From positions 14,446,001 to 14,510,000 of the forward strand of contig NC_043024.1 of the NCBI RefSeq assembly GCF_006345805.1: DNA of 64,000 nt, given 5' to 3'. The translations under genes were made by a program, and so were the position numbers. The stretch is from Octopus sinensis (Eukaryota). The notes below the pieces were generated by a model, which saw only the letters and a program-made list of their open reading frames with translations, ran no database searches and had not been told where the DNA came from. Shown one piece after another: positions 38,106 through 51,200 of the stretch. Each line of letters opens with the position of its first letter. The first letter of the stretch is position 1.

Positions 38106-41100
38106 TAATATTTGTGGAGAGAATCTGTGGAATTAATAGACCCAGGAAGACATAGGACGAGGTGGTGAAATATGATCTTTGAATGTTGGGCCTCATGGAG
38201 ACAATGACGAGTGACAGAGACTTTTGGTAGTATGCCATGCATGGAAAGGCCCATCAAGCCAAGTAAAATCGTAGTTGTGGCCAATGCCAGTGTCATATAG
38301 GACACACCCTTCGAACACTGGGTTTCATTCAGAGATAGAGAGATGGATGGATGGATGGATGGTGAGCTAGGCACAGGTATAGATCATAGCTAAAAGCGAT
38401 AAGAAAAGAGTCAATATATTTTGTTAATGCATTCCATACACATCAAATGTCAATTTTGATATCTAACCTGTTAGTACTTCAACAAAAGCACAAAGTGAAA
38501 GTAAATGATAAGAAGCAAATTTGGAAAAGGCAATAGGGGGAAAATGTATGTCACATTTGTGCCATTTTGAAAATTAACAAAAGTAATCAAAGTTTTTAAG
38601 TCACATCATTAGGGAGGAAACAATTGACTGAGAGTCTGCTTGAGTTATGGATGTGTATTTTATTTTGTCTTAAAAGCAGTATGGAATAAGGTATCTATTT
38701 TCAATTTCCAGCATCATCCGTATCAGTACCATATTCAGAATCCACAGTAACAGGTTCGTACATATTATCATGAATTAAAAACACTTTGTGTGATACCATT
38801 TAATTCATCAGGTGAATGTGTGTGCATGTGTATGTGTGTTTGTGCACGTGTTGTTTGTATCTGTTCATGGACGTGTTGGTATGTGTGTGCATCATGTGTG
38901 TGTGTGTGTATGTTTAAGCACAACTTGCATAAGATATTTAAGAAAATCAGAAATTCAGTGATTGACAATAATCAAAAACAACTAAGTGTTTTGTATATTC
39001 ACAGGTTAAATACTTTGGTAAAACTCTTCAATAATCCTGTATATATGCGCAGGAGTGGCTGTGTGGTAAGTAGCTTGCTTACCAACCACATGGTTCCGGG
39101 TTCAATCCCACTGCATGGCACCTTGGGCAAGTGTCTTCTACTATAGCCCTAGGCTGACCAATGCCTTGTGAATGGATTTGGTAGACGGAAACTGAAAGAA
39201 GCCTGTCGTATATATGTTTGTGTGTCTATGTTTGTCCCCCTAGCATCGCTTGACAACCGATGCTGGTGTGTTTACGTCACTTAGCGGTTCGGCAAAAGGG
39301 ACTGATAGAATAAGTACTGGGCTTACAAGGAATAAGTCCCGGGGTCGATTTGCTCGACTAAAGGCGGTGCTCCAGCATGGCTGCAGTCAAATGACTGAAA
39401 CAAGTAAAAAGAAAAAGAAAATAAAGAAAGAATTCTGTATATATTTTTTGATCCTCACCATTTTCTCTACACTTACCTTGCTATTATTATATGTTAGGTG
39501 AGTCATCGCAGCTGGAATTACTATTTCACCTATTAAACTATTATAGGTTGCACTAGTGTCTCCATAATGCCATGATGGACCGTGAAGTCTGGTGTAGCAT
39601 GGTAAATTCCATTGTCTCGACCACGGTCGAACAATGATGAATGATGAGTGTCTCCATCTGAAATAAGATGTGGAAACACTACCCTCAAAATAACACCAGA
39701 ACCCCATATCCTTTTCCCCCTCCTTTCCTTACCGTTTCCACAGCTGGTGGATGTTCTTCTGAAAAGTATGCCATTTGCAGTACCAAGGATATGGCATGAA
39801 CCAACAAACCACTATACAGATTGTTAAATCTGCTTAACTAACATCAGAGGTTTCTCTAAGAAAAACAAATCCAAGATTATTTATCCAGATTACCCTTCAG
39901 CCTTAAAACGAATTGCTCATGCTGCTGAAAATTTTCCAATTCCAGAATCTCCTTCATCTTTTGGCAAAGATAGTTTAAGCAAAGAAAGTACTGCATCTAC
40001 TTTAGTTGAAGGCATGTCAAGTGGTCACTGTGATGAACCAGGATCTTCAAAAAAAGTTCCTCATTTATTAAGTCAACTTGAGTTAGTGGCCGTTGCCAGC
40101 ACCGCCTCGACTGGCTTCTGTGCCGGTGGCACATAAAAAGCACCATCCGAACGTGGCCGGCTTCCGTGCCGGTGGCACGTTAAAAGCACCAGCCGATCGT
40201 GGCTGATGCCAGACTCCCCTGGCACGTAAAAAGCACCCACTACACTCGTGGAGTGGTTGGCATTAGGAAGGGCATCCAGCTGTAGAAACACTGCCAGATC
40301 AGACCGGAGCCTGGTGCAGCCCCTGGCTTCCCAGATCCCCGGTCGAACCGTCCAACCCGTGTTAGCGCGGAAAACGGACATTAAACGATGATGATGATGA
40401 TGATGACTTGGGTTTAACAAAACAAAAGTCCGAACTACTGGGCCCCAGGTTGAAACAATGGAATATTTTACATGATGGTGTAAAATGCCAAAAATGGCAT
40501 ACAGAGTTGCATGAATTTTTTTACAGAGAATGACGGTATTTGTTGGTTTTGTTGTGATGTTGAAGGACTCCTATGTGAGACAGAGTATGGCCATAATCCC
40601 AAAGATTGGAGAATCTTCGTAGATTCCAGCAAAGCAAGCCTAATAACTGTTTTGCTGCATAATGGTAATCAAAAACCTTCAATACCACTGGCACATGCTG
40701 TGGGATTAAAGGAAACTTATGAATCAATGGATAAAATTTTGCACTTGATTAAATATTCTGAGCACAAGTTGAATATATGCAGGGACTTGAAAGTTATTGG
40801 TTTGCTTCTTGGGTTGCAAATGGGGTATACAAAGCATCAGTGCTTTGTGTGCCTTTGGAACAACAGAGATGACCTTGTTCTTATAGTTGAGTCACTACCA
40901 GAACTAGTGAAGAAATTTCAGGTGTGGAAGTAAGGTCTAGAATCGAAGGGCCTTAGAGTTAAGCTAGCAAAAGCCAAAGTCTTAATAAGAAGGAAAGCAG
41001 ACAAATCGCAATCCCTTCAAGTAGATGGCCCTATGTAGGAAAGGCATCAGTAGAATTTCCATAAGGTGTACTTGATGTAAGTTATGGACACATAAGGGAT

Positions 41101-44100
41101 GTGGAGGTAGATGCTCCAAGAATGTAGCTGTGAGAATAAGAATAAACTTGGCAAAGTTCCGAGACCTCCTACCACATATACAAACACATATGTATATATA
41201 CATGTTGGGTTTCTTTTAGTTTCTGTATATTAAATCCACTCACATGGTTTGGGTCAGGTTACAGCTATAGTGAAAGACACTTGCCCAGGGTACTATGCAG
41301 TGGGATTGAACACAAGACCACATGGCTGGGAAACAAGCTTCTTAACCACACAGCCACACTAGCACATACACACACACACACACACAAATATATACATATG
41401 AATACACATACATTTGTGCATGTGTGTGTATGTGTGTATTTACTTAGCAAGACATACTCTTTTACTCTTTTACTCTTTTACTTGTTTCAGTCATTTGACT
41501 GTGGCCATGCCGGAGCACCGCCTTTAGTCAAGCAAATCGGCCCCAGGACTTATTCTTTGTAAGCCTAGTACTTATCCTATCGGTCTCTTTTGCCCAACCG
41601 CTAAGTTACAGGGATGTAAGCACATCAGCATCGGTTTTCAAGCGATGTTGGAGGGTACAAACGCACACACAAACATACACACACACACATACATATATAT
41701 TATACATATATACGACAGGCTTCTTTCAGTTTCCGTCTACCAAATCCACTCACAAGGCTTTGGTCAGCTCAAGGCTATAGTAGAAGACACTTGCCCAAGG
41801 TGTCACACAGTGGGACTGAACCTGGCACCATGTGGTTTGTAAGCAAGCTACTTACCGCACAGCCACTCCTACATGTGAAAAATAGTTGTATTAGTTTAAT
41901 GCTCCATAAAACAAAATCATTTAACATGTTCAACCATCAATGTTGAGGGTTAAGGACCAATACAAATGAGGACATTTAGAAAGGCCACAGAAGTAACAGG
42001 TATCATATTAGTGGAAGGTTTAAAATTACAAGAAAATAGAAGAGTGAGAGAGGTTTCCTGCGCAATAGGACAGAAGTAGTAAGCTCTGATGTTGATGATT
42101 GTATATTTTGTTTTATACTAAATAAGTCATCTTTTCTTAATTTCAGCAACATCTTCAGCAGCACCATCTAAACCAACAGGTTTGTGAATGTTATAATTAA
42201 CTATTACACTTTTAAGGCCCCCTTTTAATTCAGTCAATGTAGTAAGAAGTGTAAAAAGAGGGAAAATGCACAGAAATTTTATATTGGAAAAAACATGTTT
42301 ATGAAATAAAATATTTTACATAACCAACTGGTTTTGCTTATGCTAATCATGAATTAGTGGTTAGTAATAATTTTTATAATTTCATGCTTTCAGTATAACA
42401 AATCTCAAAATGTTTCCCTGTATATAAATGTAATGGAACAACTTTTGTTCAACAACAGTTAAATAAAAAGACTACATTTACTGAAAACATCAACTGTGTC
42501 TTACTATGAACATATAACCAGTTTTGGACTATGTAAATATTGGGTTGTCCGGAAAGTTTGTGCCGATTTATGGTAGCTTACCTTTCGACTTATTTTAGAA
42601 CATGGTTCAGTCCATAAAGTAGGATTTAACAACACCTCCATTTAGAGCACAGTTTAAGCTATCTTTTCATGGAAGAAGGTTTACGTTCCTATAACTTTAA
42701 AATGGAAGATAAGAAAGTTCATTTTCGGCACTTGATGCTTTGGGAACCAGACAAAAATTGCTGCAGCTCGGCTGGGATGTGTTACCCCACCCTCCATATT
42801 CACCAGATATTGCTCCTTCGGATTTCCACTTATTCAGGTCTCTGCAGAATAGTCTTAATGGTAAAAATTTCAATTCTTTGGATGACGTAAAAAGATACCT
42901 TTATGAATTCTTTGCCATGAATCCACCCCAATTTTGGAGACAAAAGGGTATTTTCAAGTTAAAGGAAAGATGGCGACGCATTGTGCAACAAAATGGTTCA
43001 TATTTGGTTGATTAAAAATGTAATGGCAAATATTTATTGACCTTTTTCTTTCCTTTAAAAATCGGCATGAACTTTCCAAACAACCCAATATTTTAGTTCA
43101 TAAATACATATCTTTTTAATTTGCACATATATAACATTTACTTTCCCCAAAAAGGTAATTATCTCACCTACTTCTAATAATAATAATCACTGATTGTCTC
43201 TCCTAAAATCTATTTACCTTCCTATTATTCATTTACAAAATATCTATTCTCCTAACATGGAATGTAAACTTATACTGATAGCATGAAGTTATATCATTAT
43301 CACTAACGACTTAGTCAAGATCATCATAAGCAAAACCAGTCAACTATGTAAATAATTTACTCTTTACTCTTTACTCTTTTACTTGTTTCGGTCATTTGAC
43401 TGCGGCCATGCTGGAGCACCGCCTTTAATTGAGCAACTCGACCCCGGGACTTATTCTTTGTAAGCCCAGTACTTATTCTATCAGTCTCTTTTGCTGAACC
43501 GCTAAGTGACGGGGACATAAACACACCAGGATCGGTTGTCAAGCAATGTTGGGGGGACAAACACAAACACACACACACACACACATACAACGGCTTCTTT
43601 CTGTTTCCATCTACCAAATCCACTCACAAGGCTTTGGTCTGCCCGAGGCTGTAGTAGAGGACACTTGCCCAAGGTGCCACGCAGTGGAAATGAACCCAGA
43701 ACCATGTGGTTGGTAAGCAAGCTACTTACCACACAGCCACTCCTGCATCTATGGATTGATGTCTAAATTGATGTGTAAATTGACAGGTGTGACGAACCAC
43801 TACAAATCAAATGTTTCCATACAAAGTGATAGCCCTTGATTTTGAGAAGCCAAGGTTTCTATCCTTATACCATCCTTAATGAAACAGTGAAAGAAGATTG
43901 TTTTATTGTCAGTTACTTATGTTTTGTACAACTTTTAACAAATCATATTTTATCTTTTCAGGTTTTGCAACAACATCGAGATATTTTACAACACCAATAG
44001 GTTTGGAAATATTTTATTATTATATTTTAAAACTTGATTTTCTGTTAAACCTGTGTTAATGTAAGTAGCTTAGGTCTGTATGGGTATGTACTCCAAAGTA

Positions 44101-46130
44101 AGTACTCCTCATCTTGCAGAATTACTCTTTTACTTGTTTCAGTCATTTGACTGCGTCTATGCTGGAGCACCGCCTTTATTCAAGCAAATCGACTCCTATT
44201 ACTTATTCTATCGGTCTCTTTTGCCGAACTGCTAAGTTACGGGGACATAAACACACCAGCATCAGTTGTCAAGCGATGTTGTGGGGACAAACACTGACAC
44301 ACAAACACACACATATACATTATGTGTATATATATATATCTGTGTGTGTGTGTGTGTGTGCGCCTTTCTGTCTGGGTTTTTTTCGCACATACATCGCTTG
44401 AAAACTGGTGTTGGTGTGTTTGCATCCCCATAATTTAGCATTCTGGCAAAAGAGACTGATAGCATAAAGTTTAAAAAATAAGTATTGGGGTCAATTCGTT
44501 TGGCTAAAAAAATATTCATGGTAGTGCCGTAGCATGGCCACAGTCTAATGACTGATAGGACTCAAAGATAACAGATAGGCATTCTTACCTACACACACTT
44601 ATGGATATACATCCATCATTACCACCACCATCACCAATTAATATCTGTCCAACCGATGTCGGCATGGGTTGGACCAGTTTGACAGGAGCTGATAAGCTGG
44701 TAAGACCATGGGCCACACCAGGCTCTGTATGTATATATGCCCATTTTCGCGGGGTTCTACTGTTCTTCTCTATCTATCTCTCTCTCTCCCTTTCTCACGT
44801 TGTCTGCCATTCCCCCCCTTCCATTGCTAAGAGCATTTCTAAGCCAGCCCGTCAGTTCAACCTTCGTATATCCCGTGCACCCGCCCTTGCCCACCCCCCC
44901 ACCAATACCGGATATTTCTATATTTTTGCTCCATCTATACCGGATGTCGCTTCTCCCACCCACCACCATTATAGGGGTCTACTCTTCGAACACCCCCTCT
45001 TCAATACGCTATTTCACCATGCATTACCCCTCTCTTGATATCCTACGTTCTACTTGCCTAGAACCTGTCATCATATTTCTCTGAACCACCCCTCCCCACT
45101 GGTGCTCCCCTATATATTTCTGCCTCCCCCCCCCACATAAAAGCCCATCCGAACGTGGCCGATGCCAGACCCCTCTGGCACCTGTGCAGGTGGCACGTAA
45201 AAAACACCCACTACTACACTCGCGGAGTGGTTGGGCGTTAGGAAGGGCATCCCGCTGTAGACACAACACTGCAGACTAGACTGGAGCCTGGGGCAGTCCC
45301 GAGCTCCCCAGACCCGGTCGAAAAAAACGTCCAACCCGTGCTAGCGCGGAAAACGGACGTTAAACGATGATTATGATGATGATGATGATGGGCTTCTTTC
45401 AGTTTCCGCCTACCAAATCCACTCACAAGGCTTTGGTTGGCCCGAGGCTATAGTAGAAGACACTTGCCCAAGGTGCCATGCAGTGGGACTGAACCTGGAA
45501 CCATGTGGTTGGTAAGCAAGCTACTTACCACACAGCCACTCCTGTGCCAATGTATGTATGTATGTACGTACAGTGCATCCCAAAATTAAGGCAACTAACA
45601 TTTTTCAATTTTACCTGAGCAAAATATTATTACATTTCAGGTCTGAGTGTTGCAATGCCATGGTAACAGAAACACAATTATGACACTACCACATTTATTC
45701 GACATGACCACCTTTGTTTCAAATCACAGCCCAGGTGCAAATGCTTCACACATTGTATGCAGCTATTCTTGTGAAATTGAAGTGCATTCCTGGTGTTGTT
45801 TTGCCTTCAGAGCATTGAGCAAAGCATGAGGAATGCTTAAGACCCTCATCTCCAAAATGGACCAAAAAGAAAAATCCAATGATTTGAGATCAGGGCTTCT
45901 TGAGGGCTATATATCCTTTTTTACTCTTTTACTCTTTCACTTGTTTCAGTCATTTGACTGTGGCCATGCTGGAGCACCGCCTTTAGTCGAGCAAATCGAC
46001 CCCGTGGACTTATTCTTTGTAAGCCTAGTACTTATTCTATCGGTCTCTTTTGCCGAACCGCTAAGTAACGGGGATGTAAACACACCAGCATCGGTTGTCA
46101 AGTGATGCTAGGGGGACAAACACAGACACA

Positions 46131-46170
<40 letters not shown>

Positions 46171-46453
46171 AATGACTGAAACAAGTAAAGATTATACATC
46201 TTTTTCAGACACATCCAATTCAGTCAGTAGTAGAACCAGTATGCTCTTTTTACTTTTTTACTTGTTTCAGTCATTTGACTGTGGCTATGCTGGAGCACCA
46301 CCTTTAGTCGACCAAATCGATCCCAGGACTTATTCTTTGTAAGCCTAGTACTTATTCTATCGGTCTCTTTTGCCAAACCGCTAAGTTACAGGGACTTAAA
46401 CACACCAGCATTGGTTGTCAAGCAATGTTGGAGGGACAAACACAGACACACAA

Positions 46454-46501
<48 letters not shown>

Positions 46502-48093
46502 GTATATATATATATACACACACATATATACAACGGGCTTCTTTCAGTTTCTGTTTACCAAATCCACTCACAAGGCATTGGTCGGCCCGAGGCTATAGCA
46601 GAAGACACTTGCCCAAGGTGCCACAAAGTGGGACTGAACCCAGAACCATGTGGTCAGTAAGCAAGCTACTTTCCACACAGCCACTCCTACGCCTTGAAGT
46701 ATCTTGAAGTTTTTTGACAATTTTCCACACAGTTATTTGAATTTATTTAGTCTAAAACAAAAATAAGACACACTCAGCTTTTATAATGATGCATAATTTT
46801 TGCATCTTATCACATTTTGATGAAATGCGTCCTGCACAAGGATATAGTTTAGGACTCATGATCAGAGATGCACATATCATCAGCCAATATGGGATATGTT
46901 CAACTGGTTAAGGTCAAACAATGGACAAGCAAATCTGTGGTATTGAGCAGAATATTTGCTGTAGCCCATCTTTTATACCAAGACAAAACAATGTACATGA
47001 TAACACTTCCAATCAATTAAGATCAGAAGCCACGAGAGCCACTGCCTGGTACTGCATCAGGGCATTTATTATTATTATTAACTTGGGAAATCAATTTTCT
47101 AAAATGCCATGAAGGCTCTTTAGAGGTAGTGGATAACTTTTGTTATTTAGGGGACCTAATTAGCTGTTTGGGAAGACGCATGGAAAATGTAGTCATTAGT
47201 AGAAGAACAGGATGGGGGAAATTCAGAGAGCTTTTACATCTGTTGGCAATCAAAAGTCTCTCCAAGTGAAAGGAAGATCGTATGATGCATGTATATAAGC
47301 AACAATGCTACATGGTAGTGAGATGTGGGACCTGAATGCAAAAGACATGTGAAGGATGGAGAGGAACGAAGCTAGTATGCTCTGTTGGATGTGCAACATC
47401 AGTGTACATGTGCAACAGAGTGCTACTGTTTTGAGTGGCTAAACTGGTGCAGAAGAATGCATAGCCATATGATGCACATTGATGTAGACAGTTGCATACA
47501 GGGGCACTGATCATCTTGTGTAAGACGGATACTTAGGAAGACTTAGGAAGACATGGGCCGATCTCTGGACACTAAACCTTACAAAGAAAATGACTAAAGA
47601 CCAAGATATTTGGTGCACTGCTATACTCAAGAAGACCCATCCACCATAGCAGAATTGGTGCCAGTGTTGGTGTCACATTAAAAGAACTGGTGTTGGTGCC
47701 AAATTAAAAACAGTGGTGCTGGTGCCACTTGAAAGCACTCAGTACACTTGTTGTTAGGAAGGACATCTATCCATAAAAACCATGCCAGAACAGAGAATGG
47801 AGCCTAGTGCAACCCCTGGCCTTGCCAGCTCTGGCCAAACCATTCAACCCATGCCAGCATGGAAAATGGACGTTAAATGAAGATGATGGTGATGATGATG
47901 CTGATATGTGTGTTTGTGTTTGTGCATGTACGTACACAATTACACAATATATATATATATGTGTGTGTGTATGTATATATATGTGTGTGTGTATATGTAT
48001 GTATATATATGTGTGTGTGTGTGTGTATATATATATGTGTATATATATATATGCATATATATATATGTATATGCATATATGTATATGCATATA

Positions 48094-48150
<57 letters not shown>

Positions 48151-48168
48151 ATGTATATCATCATCATC

Positions 48169-48220
<52 letters not shown>

Positions 48221-51200
48221 ATTAGGGAATATAACTCCAAATTTACAAGGAAAAATTCAATTTAGTATTAAATCAAATTTCACAATATAAATATATATTA
48301 TATATAAATTAGAGAAAAACCACTGTTATGCAATTCAAACAATGATAGCTATAAACCATATCATATAGAAAAAATAAAATATATTATAAAACATACATCT
48401 AAATCGCAAAAAGTATATAATAAGGAATAAACATTATATAACAATGATCTGAATATGTTTTATAATATATCTTTTAATATGTTTTAATATAATATATTGT
48501 GATCTAGATATATGTATTATAATATATTTTATTTTTTTATATGATATGGTTTATGTCTATCATTGTTTAAATTGCATAATATGGGTTTTCTCTAATTTAT
48601 ATATATATATAATTGAGAAACAATTCAGTTGGTTCATCAGCTTTCATTTAACAAAAATGAGAACCTTAATAGCATATATATATATACATTATAATTCAAT
48701 ACATATAAGATAAGAATACAATTATAAAAACCATGATATAAATTATTGAAATCATTAAATTCATTCCTTACAGCTGTTTCAGCCTATGGATAAAAGTAGT
48801 TTTTTTCCAGTGCCTATAGTTATCAATTATATTAAGGTTGTAGGTATTTAAAAATTGGGTACTTATATATAACCATAGGCCTCGTCAGAGATTATAAAGA
48901 GCTTTAAAAATATTAATACATAAAACAGGATACACATATAATATGGGTGGCTAACTTGCAATTATACAACCTAAAGGACGTGAAACCTTGGGTAATTCTA
49001 TGTCCAAGATATAAAATCTTTGTTGTAATACACACACACATACACACACATACAAACAATCATATAGAGAGGAAGGATGAGGGCTTTTGTTGATTGCAAG
49101 ACTATTTCATTTGATTTGTTATTTCACACATTTTTTATTCATGTAAACAGTAATAATTAACATATTTTGTTTTATAATATACATTTTCTGAAATCATTTA
49201 TTTTATATTTTTCAGTTCATTTCTGTGAACTTGTTGAAGGAATGAATTCAACATCACATATCCCTGATAGGCAAATTGTTCTAAGTACTGGAGAAAATCC
49301 AGATGTCATTCGACCAAATAATAATGGTTGGAGCATTGATGTAATGAAAATTCCAACTGCATCTGTGGAGATTAAACTTGGATACATTCTCACAAAAGGT
49401 GCAATATTGAGATTGCCTAAACATGATAATGTTTATCAATATGAAGTGACAACACTTACATCTAACATGACAAAGTTAGATACTAAGGTAAGTAGGAACA
49501 ACTATTGAATTATTTATACAATAGAATATAGAACCCACCCACATATACTCTCTTTACTCTTTTACTTGTTTCAGTCATTTGACTGTGGCCATGCTGGAGC
49601 ACTGCTTTTTAGTCAAGCAAATCGACCCCAGGACTTATTCTTTGTAAGCCTGGTCTCTATTTGCCAAACCGCTAAGTTATGGGGGTCATTAACACACCAG
49701 CATTGATTGTCAAGCGATGTTGGGGAACAAACACAGACACACAAACATATACACATACATATATATATATATATATATATGCACATATATACGACGGGCT
49801 TCTTTAAATTTCTGTCTACTAAATCCATTCACAAGGCTTTGATACCCGAGGCTATAGTAGAAGACACTTGCCCAAGCTGCCACACAATGCGATTGAACCC
49901 AGAACCATGTGGTTCATAAGCAAGCTACTTACTACACAGACACTCGTACACACATATTTTGAAATTTTCCCTCCTACAGCAGTTGATACGAAATCAATCA
50001 AGTATTGAGTCTCCTGTATTTGCTTAAAACAGTGTTTTCATGAATTATGCATTAATAATACTTTTCAAATATTGCAATTGGTGGAGACTAGTGTTCTTAT
50101 TTATGAATATCCATACAGCTGATAACCGAATCACTGCATCTCTGACAGCAACAGTGACAAAAAGTGCTGCCCATAAAGTTCTTAAGGAAGGAAACACTCC
50201 GTCGGTTACGACGACGAGGGTTCCGGTTGATCCGAATCAACGGAACAGCCTTCTCGTGAAATTAACATGTAAGTGGTTGAGCACTCCACAGACACGTGTA
50301 CCCTTAACGTAGTTCTCGGGGATATTCAGCGTGACACAGAGAGTGACAAGGCCGGCCCTTTGAAATACAGGTACAACAGAAGCAGGAAGTAAGAGTGAGA
50401 GAAAGTTGTGGTGAAAGAGTACAGCAGGGATCACCACCATCCCTGCTGGAGCCGCGTGGAGCTTTAGGTGTTTTCGCTCAATAAACACTCACAACGCCCG
50501 GTCTGGGAATCGAAACCGCGATCCTATGACCGCGAGTCCGCTGCCCTAACCACTGCCCATAAAGTGGTGCACAACAAATATCATAAAGGAATTTGCTCAA
50601 AGTCCAGCTTTGAGATGGCCAGAAAACAGAAGTGATGTCCCAGCAAGTGCAAGAGTCTACAGGAATATTTGAGATGAACTGACTGTTGTTGATGACCTCA
50701 TCTTCAAAGCTGCCCAAGTTGTGGTTCCTGCAACACTACAAATAGAAATTTTGAACAGAATTCATGATGCTCATTTCAGAGCGACAAAGTGCATACTCAG
50801 AGCCAAAGATGTTATCTTCTGGCTTGGAATGACTGTTCAAATTGAAGAATTTGTATCAAAATATTCAATGAGAACAGAAAGAGTAATCTGAAACAACCGT
50901 TGAAGAGCCATGAAATTCCTGGTTGACCGTGGACTGAAGTCGGAACCAACTTGTTTGTGTACAAAAACATTGACTACCTGATGTGTGTGGACTATTTCTG
51001 AAAGTACCCTGCAATTGTGAAATTGTTTGACTTATCAGGTAAAATGACAATCACAGCAGTGAAATTTCTCTTTGTCAGACACAGCATCCCAGATGAGCTC
51101 ATGACATATAACGGACTGCTGTTCATGATGTGCAGAGTTCCATACCTTTGGTCTAGAATGGGCCTTCAGACACACAACATCAAGTCTGACATACCCACTA

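Larger units (their letters stand above)
21540..38960 (+). repeat. Dispersed tandem cassette (micro-exon plus conserved intron flanks), at least 10 copies
   Basis: Recurrent flank atgtatgtcacatttgtgccattttgaaaattac...gaaacgattga..gagtctgcttgagtt before most 42-nt exons. Confidence 0.9.

Noticed and set aside
21852-38753. Repeated 42-mers as a CRISPR-like array
   Set aside because: Eukaryotic context, irregular kb-scale spacing, homologous flanks, splice sites at both ends, no cas genes.
16303-48290. Many [12 protein letters not shown] and HTHTHT ORFs
   Set aside because: Translations of (TA)n and (CA)n microsatellites and SINE bodies; not genes.
48625-48645. CUGAUGA on the minus strand as another hammerhead
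   Set aside because: No stem II or GAAAC partner at a suitable position.
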